DNA of 64,000 nucleotides from NCBI GenBank assembly GCA_046313635.1, contig JBKBYA010000002.1:288001-352000 (forward strand). Reading direction: 5' to 3'. Of this stretch, positions 1-8,555 are shown piece by piece (positions within the stretch are counted from its first letter, which is position 1; each line of letters opens with the position of its first letter). The translations under genes were made by a program, and so were the position numbers. The DNA is from Pyrinomonadaceae bacterium. GTDB taxonomy: Bacteria; Acidobacteriota; Blastocatellia; Pyrinomonadales; Pyrinomonadaceae. The notes under the pieces were generated by a model. It saw only the letters and a list, made by a program, of their open reading frames with translations, ran no database searches and was not told the DNA's origin.

Positions 1-268
1 TACGGTCGGGCACGCCGATGCTTGTCATCGCCCAGGTCGGTCTGCCGCCCATCGCGGCTACGTCCGAGAGCGAGACCGCGAGGGCCTTATGCCCGATCGC
101 TTCGGGAGCGGCCCATTCGAGCCTGAAGTCCACGTCCTCGACAAGCATGTCCGCAGTGACGAGCAGGTCAACATCCGAACCCTGCCGGATGACGGCGCAG
201 TCGTCTCCGACGGCGGTCAAACCGTGACGCCGGCTGATGGATCGGATGAACTCAAACTCGCCGCGCAT
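1..268 (-). CDS. thiL: Thiamine-monophosphate kinase, 5' part (runs off the window edge)
   Basis: Not in the ORF track. Manual translation from ATG at 268: MRGEFEFIRSISRRHGLTAVGDDCAVI...LLVTADMLVEDVDF...IGHKALAVSLSDVAAMGGRP. GDDCA and SD(V/L)AAMGG are ThiL signatures. Confidence 0.92.
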   Translation of the reverse strand, partial: MRGEFEFIRSISRRHGLTAVGDDCAVIRQGSDVDLLVTADMLVEDVDFRLEWAAPEAIGHKALAVSLSDVAAMGGRPTWAMTSIGVPDR

Positions 269-281
269 GATCAAGCATTTA

Positions 282-310
282 TTGACACAAGTATTTTAAC
301 TTCCTACAAT
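282..310 (+). promoter_or_regulatory. Sigma70-like promoter for the MerR gene
   Basis: TTGACA-17nt-TACAAT. Confidence 0.6.
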
Positions 311-361
311 AACGCCGACAGAATTTACATCGGGCTTTAGGTTTGGTCCCCAACACGACTG

Positions 362-877
362 ATGGCGCTCACTGCTACCGTGATCCCTGAAAAAATCTAC
401 TTCAAGATCGGCGAAGTATGCGACATTGTCGGCGTGCAGCCGCACGTGCTGCGGTACTGGGAGACCGAATTCTCTATGTTGTCGCCGCAAAAGAACCGTT
501 CGGGACAGCGTAGCTACCGCCGCCGCGATGTCGAGATCGCCCTGCGGATCAAGGAGCTCCTGTACGACGATATGTACACTATCGCCGGAGCCCGCAAGAA
601 GCTGCAAGCCGAGACACGCGAGGCGACAAGACTCAAGATCGTTCCGCCGTCCGAAGCGGGCGAGACCACGGCGGCCTCCTCCGCCTCGACCGATGATTCG
701 GCCGTTTCGCTGTTTGACGAAGAGGTTGGCGATATCGAACTGCCGCATGAGCCGGACGGTGACGATGGCCGAAGCCTGACGGCCGACCAGCGGCAGGCCG
801 TTCGGCGGCTTGCAAACGACCTGCTCGAGCTTCGAAATATGCTCGCTCAGCGGCCGGGCGATCGCGACGAGAGATGA
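362..877 (+). CDS. MerR-family HTH transcriptional regulator
   Basis: [25 protein letters not shown]...[11 protein letters not shown]erR helix-turn-helix. This type is often found next to tRNA-Pro. Confidence 0.9.
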   Translation: MALTATVIPEKIYFKIGEVCDIVGVQPHVLRYWETEFSMLSPQKNRSGQRSYRRRDVEIALRIKELLYDDMYTIAGARKKLQAETREATRLKIVPPSEAGETTAASSASTDDSAVSLFDEEVGDIELPHEPDGDDGRSLTADQRQAVRRLANDLLELRNMLAQRPGDRDER

Positions 878-880
878 CGT

Positions 881-909
881 TTGACAAAGCCTGGACCGGA
901 ATTTAGGCT
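881..909 (+). promoter_or_regulatory. Sigma70-like promoter for tRNA-Pro
   Basis: TTGACA-17nt-TAGGCT, 10 nt upstream of the tRNA. Confidence 0.6.
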
Positions 910-919
910 TTTAGTTTTC

Positions 920-996
920 CGGGACGTAGCGCAGTCCGGTAGCGCGTTCGCTTGGGGTGCGAGAGGTCGCTGGTTCAAATCCAGTCGTCCCGACCA
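920..996 (+). tRNA. tRNA-Pro(GGG)
   Basis: CGGGACG acceptor stem pairs with CGTCCCG. D-arm TAGCGCAGTCCGGTAGCGCG, anticodon loop TT-GGG-GT, T-arm GGTTCAAATCC, encoded CCA end. Confidence 0.97.
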
Positions 997-1001
997 ATAA
1001 C

Positions 1002-1040
1002 GACGGGGCTTTCACGAGTTTGTGAAAGCCTCGTCTTTTT
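1002..1040 (+). terminator. Intrinsic terminator after tRNA-Pro
   Basis: GACGGGGCTTTCAC / GTGAAAGCCTCGTC stem followed by TTTTT. Confidence 0.8.
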
Positions 1041-1152
1041 GTCGATGGCTGCAGTTTTCCGCTTTACTCATTTCTTCGAACAGGATTTCCGATCACTTAC
1101 CGCAGCTTTTCCGATAGTTGTGCGAGACGCGGGCATCGGCAGACTTTTACGG

Positions 1153-1608
1153 CTAATCCCCGGCGTTCTGAACCATGAGCCTGACCAGGTCGCGGCGTGC
1201 GATCATGCCGACCGGCCGGCCTCCGCGGACGACCGGCAGTCGATTGATGTCGTACTTCAAGAGCAGTTCGGCCGCCCTCTCGATCGGATCGGTCTCAGAA
1301 ACGACCTTGACCTGTTTCGACATGATCTCGCGGGCTTGCCGCTTTCGAGCGGCCTCGTAGATCTCATCCAACTGGTGTCCGGACAGCCACTGACCGAGAA
1401 CGTTTGCCGACCGGAACGTTGAGAAGGGAACTGATTTTTCCTTCGCTCCGAAATCCGATTCCGTGACGATCCCCGTGATCGATCCCGCGGAATCGACCAC
1501 CGGTACGCCGCCTATCTTGTTTTCGAGTAAAGTTCGCGCGACCTGCTCAAGCGTATCGTCTTCCGATACGACTATCGCAGGCTGCGACATTATGTCTTTG
1601 ACCTGCAT
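1153..1608 (-). CDS. CBS-domain pair protein
   Basis: MQVKDIMSQP...IGGVPVVD...GIVTESD...INRLPVV...GMIARRDL. AGGAGA RBS precedes ATG 1608. Confidence 0.88.
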   Translation of the reverse strand: MQVKDIMSQPAIVVSEDDTLEQVARTLLENKIGGVPVVDSAGSITGIVTESDFGAKEKSVPFSTFRSANVLGQWLSGHQLDEIYEAARKRQAREIMSKQVKVVSETDPIERAAELLLKYDINRLPVVRGGRPVGMIARRDLVRLMVQNAGD

Positions 1609-1629
1609 AACCAATCTCCTAATGCTCAC

Positions 1630-2621
1630 CTAACGTGACGCGAATAAGATCCAGGCCGCGATCAAATAGATCGTGACGATCCCGGCCGAATCCCACGCCA
1701 AAAACAAAAATTTCCTGTTCGTCCTGTAGGTCAGACCGATGACTGCGACCGCGGACATCATCATCGCCGCCAGTGCCGACACAAGATGAGAACCGGATAT
1801 GTTCATCAAAAGAGCTCCCTTCACATAGAGCAGATCGTCAACCGCCAGAATGCCGATATTAAATAGGTTGCTGCCGAAAAGATTGCCTAGCGCCAGGTCG
1901 ACCGCACCGATCCTCATTGCACCGATCGTGATCACGAGTTCCGGCAGCGACGTCGAGAGAGCGACGAAAAGACTGCCGACGAAGGTGTTTCCGAGGCCGG
2001 TTATTTTGGATATGCGGTCGCCGAGATGCGGGAGCCACGTGGCGGCCGCAATAATGAACACGGCATTTAGCGCGTATAAAAAATATACTCGCCGCCGTGA
2101 ATAGCCGGCAGACGACCCCTCGTCCTCCGATCGAGGCAGCTCGAGCTTGCGCCGTTTCTCGTACGAGAAGATCATCCGTATCGAAAAAAAGTAGACAACC
2201 ACGAAAACGATGCTCGTCATTCCCAACCATCCCAGCACGGGGAGTCTTGTCCCGGCAAAGATCGTGAGGGCGACCACGCCCAGAAGCAAGATTCCGAACG
2301 CAGCAGGCAGCACCAGCCCTTGATGCGCCCTTGACGAGATCGGAGCTGAACGCGGGCCCAGATCGAGCATGGCGATCACGAGGATGTTGAACATGCAGCT
2401 CCCCAATATATCGCCGACGGCGATCTCGGGAAGATCGAAGACGACGACCGAGCTGACGCCCGTGATAAGCTCCGGCAGCGAAGTGACCGATGCGACCAGG
2501 ATCACGCCGATCCACGTCCTCCCGAGACCTGTCATTTCAGCTATAATGTCGCCGAATTTCGACAGCCTGATCCCCGCGACAAAGATCACCAGCGTGCAAA
2601 CTATGAACTCAGCCAGACCAT
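1630..2621 (-). pseudogene. Sodium:calcium (CaCA/YrbG-like) antiporter with an apparent 1-bp frameshift near the start
   Basis: Two alpha-repeats: TSLPEL...GDILGS and TSLPEL...[19 protein letters not shown] + ATG at 2621 gives MVWL then a stop. The main frame ([13 protein letters not shown]..., ORF 1630-2589) is one base out of register. Confidence 0.75.
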
Positions 2622-2679
2622 GATCGGTTCACCTCATAAGCCTCGGCTTCGAACGCCTATTTCGGCGATCGGGAGATCC

Positions 2680-3810
2680 TTATAAATTCAGTTCTTTGCG
2701 AGTTGTCAGGTAATTGATGAGGTTGTCACGCGACAGAATGCCGAGCAGCCGCCCGTCTTTCACGACCGGGAGCTGATTGACGTTCTCGCGGCCGATGATC
2801 TCGAGCGCCTCGATCGCGGGCGTCTCCGGCCCGACGACGAAGAGGCTCTCCAGCGGCCGCATCGCATCCGACGCGGTCTTGAATGGCCAAAGTCGGCGTT
2901 CGACGGCGGCGATCTCATTTGGAGTGATCAGCCCGACCGGGCGGCCGTTCTCGGCAACCATAAAGCAACGCTGACCGCTTTTCAGGATGTGGTCCTCGAT
3001 CACCGACTGCAAGCTTGTGTTGGCGTCGAGTACCGCGCAATGGGTCAGCATAAGGTCGCCGGCCGTTACGTCTCGCAGGCTTTGACTGAATTCTACCTGG
3101 AGATATGAGGCCTTTGCCGCGCTGAGCAAGAACCAGCCGATGAACGCGAGCCACAAACCGCCGAAACCGCTCCCGCTAAAGAACAGATAGATCCCCAGAA
3201 ATATAAAGCCGAACGCAAGGCCCTGCCCGGCGCGCGCGGCCGCTCGGGTAGCTGTGTCGGCGCTGCCGCTGATGCCCCATATCACCGCTCGCAAGACTCG
3301 GCCGCCGTCCATCGGATACCCGGGGATCATATTAAAGATCGCCAGTGCAAAATTGACGTATGCCAGCCAGACCAGGACCGCAAGGGGCGGTGTCTGCGGC
3401 TCGGTCATCGGCGGCCAGCCCAGCAGCATCGCGGCGGCAAAACACGCGAGCCCGATAAAAGCGCTTGTCAACGGGCCGATGATGCCGAGCCAGAATTCGG
3501 TTTTCGGGCTTGCCGGCTCGTTCTCGATCTGAGCCACGCCGCCGAGCGCAAAGAGCGTAATTGCCTTGACCGGAAGATCACTTCGCTTGGCCACCGCGGC
3601 GTGAGATAGTTCGTGAACCACGATCGCCGAAAAGAACAAGATCGCCGTTAATATCGACATCGTCCAGATCGTCGTACCGCTCCATCCGGGATGGCTCTCC
3701 GAAAAATATTGCGAGAGCGAAAAAACGATGAGAAAGGCAATGATCAGCCAACTGTAATGGAGTCCGATCTCGATGCCGAAGATCTTGCCGAGTCTTATCT
3801 GAGCGTTCAT
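2680..3810 (-). CDS. Site-2 protease (M50) with C-terminal CBS domains
   Basis: HELSH zinc motif, NMIPGYPMDGG (NxxPxxxxDG), multiple TM segments, CBS pair. Confidence 0.92.
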   Translation of the reverse strand: MNAQIRLGKIFGIEIGLHYSWLIIAFLIVFSLSQYFSESHPGWSGTTIWTMSILTAILFFSAIVVHELSHAAVAKRSDLPVKAITLFALGGVAQIENEPASPKTEFWLGIIGPLTSAFIGLACFAAAMLLGWPPMTEPQTPPLAVLVWLAYVNFALAIFNMIPGYPMDGGRVLRAVIWGISGSADTATRAAARAGQGLAFGFIFLGIYLFFSGSGFGGLWLAFIGWFLLSAAKASYLQVEFSQSLRDVTAGDLMLTHCAVLDANTSLQSVIEDHILKSGQRCFMVAENGRPVGLITPNEIAAVERRLWPFKTASDAMRPLESLFVVGPETPAIEALEIIGRENVNQLPVVKDGRLLGILSRDNLINYLTTRKELNL

Positions 3811-4780
3811 TCTGAAAATCCTCTCTCTGGTGAGTAGTTTCTCGTCCGCAAGGTCAGCCAGCTATAGCCCTCCGCGATGCCCCATGTGGCCAAAACAGTC
3901 ACGGTCAAGACGAGAATGACCTGAGCATCGAGGGTCGTCAATCCGAGCATTTCGCGCAGCGGCGGTACATAGATCGTCAGGACCTGCAGCACGACCCCGA
4001 GACCGATGGCGAAGTGGAGCGCCGGATTCATACGCGGCATCACCGAGATATGCCGCGAAGGATATGCGAAAAAGAGCTGCACGAGCGACTCGAACAAAAA
4101 TACGGCCGTCCGGATGGCGGCCACGCCGTAGCCGTAAAGCGGCAGCACCATAAGCAGCACTCCGCCGGCCGCGGCCTTGATAACGCCGGTGAAGATTATG
4201 AAATAGAGCGAGGCCCGATCGAGCAAAGGCGATCTCGGGTCGCGCGGTCTCTGCCGCATCACTCCGTCGTTCTTGTCCAATCCCAACGCCAATGCCGGCG
4301 GTCCGTCCGCGATGATGTTGATCCAGAGAAGCTGCACGGCGGTGAAGGGAAGTAGAAGCCCGCCCCCGACGTCCTCCAGCCCCAGCAGAAACGATCCAGC
4401 CGAGCCGCCGACCACCAAGAGAACGAGCGCGAGATTGGTCGAGAATAGGAATCGGATGAACTTCTGGATGTTCTCGTAAATGCTGCGCACTTCTTCGATC
4501 GCCGCGACGATGGTCGCAAAGTTGTCGTCGAGCAGAACGAGGTCCGCGACTTCGCGCGAAACGTCGCTGCCGCGCTCACCCATCGCCACGCCGACATCGG
4601 AACGCTTCAGCGCGGGAGCATCGTTGACCCCGTCGCCCGTCACGGCCACGACCTCCTTGTTAGCCTGCAGCGCCTCGACCAGCTGAAGTTTGTGCTCCGG
4701 CGCGACGCGGGCAAAGACGTTGACGTTCCTGACGGCCTCTTTAAGCACGTCGTGCGGAAACTCTTCAATGTCGAAGGCTC
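3807..4780 (-). pseudogene. C-terminal fragment of a cation-transporting P-type ATPase
   Basis: VFARVAPEHK, TGDGVNDAPALK and DDNFATIV plus C-terminal TMs are present. No DKTGT phosphorylation motif, A domain or N-terminal TMs. Upstream sequence runs straight into the degP terminator. Confidence 0.85.
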
Positions 4781-4844
4781 CGACGCTCAGCGCTTGAACG
4801 ATGGGATGCGACGGGCCGGCGGGGCAGATACGGCGTGCGAGCAT

Positions 4845-4884
4845 AAAAAAAGACTCTCGGTCCGCTGAGGAGCAAGAGTCTTTT
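4845..4884 (-). terminator. Intrinsic terminator of the degP-like gene (possibly bidirectional)
   Basis: AAAAAAAGACTCT...AGAGTCTTTT inverted repeat. Confidence 0.65.
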
Positions 4885-4906
4885 GAGTTTGCTGCCAATG
4901 CCGTCG

Positions 4907-6385
4907 CTACTGCGGCGTAACGGTCACGTATATCGTTTGGCCCCGCCGGCTGATGAGCAGAAGCGCGGGCCTGCCGGCCCCGGCATCGAGGGCCGCGCGG
5001 ACGTCGTCGGCCGTCTTGACCGAGCGCCCGTTCACCTCGAGCAGCACGTCGCCGCGCTCGATACCGGCTTCTGCAGCCGCTCCCGACGGCGAGACCTCGG
5101 TCACGACCATTCCGTCCGCGTCGCTTAGACCGAGCTGTCTCGCGGTCTGCGGGGTCAGCGGCTGGAGGCCCAGGCCCAATTTTCCGTTTTGACCGCCGTC
5201 TCCCGGGACCTGACCGTTGTCGCCCGGGCCCGCGTTCTGCGCGACATCGCTGTCGAGCTCGTCGAGCGTCGCGGTCAACTCCTGCTCCTTGCCGTCGCGG
5301 ACGATCCTGAGTTTTACCTCCGAACCCGGAGCCGAATTTGCGATCTTGTTGCGGAGAGCGTTGCTGTCCTCGATCTTTTCGCCGTTGACCGCGACGATCA
5401 CGTCGCGCCGCTTGATCCCCGCCTTGTCAGCCGCGCTGCCGCCCTTGACGTTGCTCACGAGCACGCCGACCGTGTCGGGCATGCCGAGGGCCTTTGCCGT
5501 GTCGGCGGTCAGGTCCTGAATGTTGACGCCGAGCATACCGCGTCGAACGCGGCCGTTGGCGAGCAGCTGCTCGAGCACGCTCTTGGCCATATTTGACGGG
5601 ATCGCGAAGCCGATGCCGATATTCCCGCCGTTCGGGCCGCCGGGCGAAAGGATCTGCGAATTGATGCCGATCAGTTCGCCGTTGAGGTTGACAAGAGCTC
5701 CGCCCGAATTGCCGCGATTGATCGGCGCGTCGGTTTGAAGAAAGTCCTGAAAGCTCGTTCCGTCGCTCAGTCCCGTGCGTCGGCCCTTGGCCGAGATGAT
5801 CCCAGCCGTCACCGTCTGCCCGATGCCGAGCGGGTTGCCGATCGCGAGCACGATGTCGCCGACGCGGACCGTGTCGGAATTGCCGAGATTGAGGAACGGC
5901 AGGTTTTGCGCCTCGATCTTGAGGACGGCCAGATCGCTCGGCTTGTCGGAGCCGACGATCTTGGCTTCAAAGGTCTTGTCGTCGCTCATCTGGACGGTGA
6001 TCTTCTGAGCACCTTCGACGACGTGATTGTTGGTGAGGATCGTGCCGTCCGCGCTCACAAGCACGCCCGAACCGAGACCTCGCTGGAGCTGCGGGCCTGG
6101 CGGCTCGGCCCGAGGGATCGGAAACTGCCGAAAGAAATCGTCGCCGCCGAACGGGAACTGGTGCGGGTTCGCGGACGATCTGCTCTCGGCCGTGATCCGT
6201 ACAACGGCCGGCGAAGTTCTCTCGACGACGTCCGCGTATGACGTCCGTATGCCGTCCACCGAAACCGGCGGCGGCGGCGGCGCGGCCGGGGCCGGCGGCA
6301 TGTCGCCGCCAAAGAACGAAGAGCGGCACGAGGCCGCCGCGAGTCCGGTCATAACGAGAACGAACAGAAAAAGTCCCTTTTTCAT
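4907..6385 (-). CDS. degP: Do/DegQ/HtrA family serine endoprotease with two PDZ domains (lipoprotein-like signal)
   Basis: LTNNHVV, DLAVLK and INRGNSGG catalytic triad motifs, two PDZ repeats, N-terminal AAASC. Confidence 0.93.
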   Translation of the reverse strand: MKKGLFLFVLVMTGLAAASCRSSFFGGDMPPAPAAPPPPPVSVDGIRTSYADVVERTSPAVVRITAESRSSANPHQFPFGGDDFFRQFPIPRAEPPGPQLQRGLGSGVLVSADGTILTNNHVVEGAQKITVQMSDDKTFEAKIVGSDKPSDLAVLKIEAQNLPFLNLGNSDTVRVGDIVLAIGNPLGIGQTVTAGIISAKGRRTGLSDGTSFQDFLQTDAPINRGNSGGALVNLNGELIGINSQILSPGGPNGGNIGIGFAIPSNMAKSVLEQLLANGRVRRGMLGVNIQDLTADTAKALGMPDTVGVLVSNVKGGSAADKAGIKRRDVIVAVNGEKIEDSNALRNKIANSAPGSEVKLRIVRDGKEQELTATLDELDSDVAQNAGPGDNGQVPGDGGQNGKLGLGLQPLTPQTARQLGLSDADGMVVTEVSPSGAAAEAGIERGDVLLEVNGRSVKTADDVRAALDAGAGRPALLLISRRGQTIYVTVTPQ

Positions 6386-6509
6386 TGCGGAGAATTCTCC
6401 TTCAAAAGTTAACTAGAGCTTTGCTTATCCTACCAATCGGGCAAGTCAAATCAATAACGAATGAACGAAGCGGGGGCCGCGGGAGTTTCGAATAATGAAT
6501 GCTCGTTGG

Positions 6510-7415
6510 TCACGCTACCTTGGGCGTTTCGTCGCGAAAAATATACGCCAGACTTTTGTAAACGAGCTTTGCGCAGAGAAAGGCCGGGGCGTCCGACGAC
6601 TCGGTCTTTGAAAATTCGACCAGGTCCATCCCGACGATCCGCTTCTTTTCGGCGATGCGGCGGATCAGCGTCAGCGTCTCGTACCAGCCGAGGCCGCCGG
6701 GCTCGGGCGTGCCGGTCGTCGGCACGAGGCTCGGGTCTAGACCGTCGATGTCGATTGTAAGGTAAACGTTGTCGGTCAGCGAATCGACCGCCCGATCGAT
6801 CCAATCGGTGCGGCCGACGATGTCGCGGGCCCAAAATATCCTGGTCGGCAGGTCGCCGGCGGCGAGCGATCTTGCCTCATCACCCGATATCGAGCGGATG
6901 CCGACCTGTACCGAGGGAACCCTCAGATCTTTGACGACGCGCGCCATGATGGACGCGTGCGAATGCGGCGTTCCGTCGTAGCTGTCGCGAAGGTCGGCGT
7001 GGGCGTCGATCTGCAGTACGCTCAGATCGTGAAACTTCTCGGCGTGAGCGCGGATCACCGGTCCCGAGACGGAATGTTCGCCGCCCAGCATGCAGAGGAA
7101 CTTGCCGCTCTCGAGCAGGTCTTTTGCCCGCCGGTAGAGAGCGTCCATCATCGTCTCGGGCGAGGGCAGCGGCGGAAACTCTTCGAGCGTGTGGATGCCG
7201 ACCTTGTAGACCTCGGCATTCGTATCCTCCTCGTAAAGCTCCATATTGCGCGAGGCGTCGACGATCGCCATCGCGCCGTCGCCCGTGCCGGTGCCGTACG
7301 AGACGGTGCCTTCGTACGAAACGGGCCAAACGACAACTCTGGCGGTATCGAACGAGCTGTACCGCTCGTCATCGATACCGCCGAAATTCATTGGCAGATT
7401 CGCTGATTCGGACAT
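6510..7415 (-). CDS. speB: Agmatinase
   Basis: GGEHS, DAHADLRD and DIDGLDP...TGTPEPGG ureohydrolase motifs. Start trimmed to MSESANLP. In an operon with speA. Confidence 0.92.
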   Translation of the reverse strand: MSESANLPMNFGGIDDERYSSFDTARVVVWPVSYEGTVSYGTGTGDGAMAIVDASRNMELYEEDTNAEVYKVGIHTLEEFPPLPSPETMMDALYRRAKDLLESGKFLCMLGGEHSVSGPVIRAHAEKFHDLSVLQIDAHADLRDSYDGTPHSHASIMARVVKDLRVPSVQVGIRSISGDEARSLAAGDLPTRIFWARDIVGRTDWIDRAVDSLTDNVYLTIDIDGLDPSLVPTTGTPEPGGLGWYETLTLIRRIAEKKRIVGMDLVEFSKTESSDAPAFLCAKLVYKSLAYIFRDETPKVA

Positions 7416-7441
7416 TTCAACCCCTGTTCGCTGGCGAAGCC

Positions 7442-8503
7442 TTACGGTACGTCGATCGCGAGCTCGCGGTTGGCGAAGCTGAAGTTCGGGCGCTTGCGAC
7501 CCTTCATGAACTTCGCCGCCGTCTGCGACAGCGCGGTGATGATCATCGGCAAGGCGATCGACGGGTCGCACGAGACCATCGCGGTCGTCGCTCCCTTGGC
7601 CAGCTTGCCGAACTGCTGCGTGTGGACGCCGGCGTACGAAGGCGAACGCACGTCGAGCGGCTCGCACCCGGACGAGATGCCGACCGCGTACTTGTGGCCA
7701 CGCGGATTGGTCCGCGTGATGTACGACGTGACCTCCGCGACGTTGACCATGTTTTGCGTATTCGCGTCGCCGACGGTGATGATCGCCGAATTGCGGGTCT
7801 TTTGTGCGATGAGCATCATGTCCATCGTGTCCTGCGTCAGGTCAAAGGCGATGCTCAGCTTTTTCTCAAATCGTGCTCGTGCAAACCCGACGGCAAGCGG
7901 CGAATTCTGAAGATCGGGGCAGAACACCGGGATCCGCGATTTGAATGCCGACGTCAGGATGCCGTCCTCGTGCGCGATCTCGGCGAGCTCGCGGCCCATC
8001 AAATGCAGGAATTCGCGCACCGCGTAAGGCCTGCTCAGCTCGAGCTGATTGATCACGCTGCCGACCCATTCGTCTGCTTCCTGGTACTCCTCACGATTGG
8101 CGAGGACGTCGCCGACGCGCGTCACGTTAGACGCCTCGAGCTCCTCGTCGCTCATGCTCGGGTGCGCCTGATAGTGATTGCGCCCGAGCGTCTCGTGAAT
8201 GTCGTGAAAAAGCACCGTTCCCGACATCACCAGCACGTCGACAAACCGATTCTTGATAACGTACGAGATCAGCCGGCGCATGCCTGACGTGATCAGATTG
8301 CCCGAACCGCACAGGAAGATCGTCGAGTTGTCATCCAACATATCGAGCCAGATCCGGTGTGCCTCGGCAAGCTGCTTAGCTCCGAAGCCGGCTCCTTCCA
8401 TCTTTTCGAGCAGGCCGGCGATCGAACGGTCGCGATCAATCGGTACCGGCTTGGTCGGTACGGTCAGGAACTTCGAAGACTTTGTTTTCTTTTGAGCTAC
8501 CAT
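7442..8503 (-). CDS. Deoxyhypusine synthase-like protein (divergent active site)
   Basis: GFGAKQLAEA, SGNLITSGMR, RVGDV, GILTSAFKSRIPVFCP, FGK...DPSIALP follow the DHS fold. Start at MVAQKK with a GGAGA RBS. Confidence 0.85.
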   Translation of the reverse strand: MVAQKKTKSSKFLTVPTKPVPIDRDRSIAGLLEKMEGAGFGAKQLAEAHRIWLDMLDDNSTIFLCGSGNLITSGMRRLISYVIKNRFVDVLVMSGTVLFHDIHETLGRNHYQAHPSMSDEELEASNVTRVGDVLANREEYQEADEWVGSVINQLELSRPYAVREFLHLMGRELAEIAHEDGILTSAFKSRIPVFCPDLQNSPLAVGFARARFEKKLSIAFDLTQDTMDMMLIAQKTRNSAIITVGDANTQNMVNVAEVTSYITRTNPRGHKYAVGISSGCEPLDVRSPSYAGVHTQQFGKLAKGATTAMVSCDPSIALPMIITALSQTAAKFMKGRKRPNFSFANRELAIDVP

Positions 8504-8555
8504 ATTTTCTCCGCGCAAACGCATATTCGGATCGACCGGGTGCCGCCCATCGACC

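Noticed and set aside
952..1422. 156-aa ORF starting inside tRNA-Pro
   Set aside because: It overlaps the tRNA, its terminator and the antisense of the CBS gene.
4781..4898. N-terminal extension of ORF 3807-4898 as a real protein start
   Set aside because: It reads through the degP terminator and has no ATPase similarity, so it is a chance open frame upstream of the truncation.
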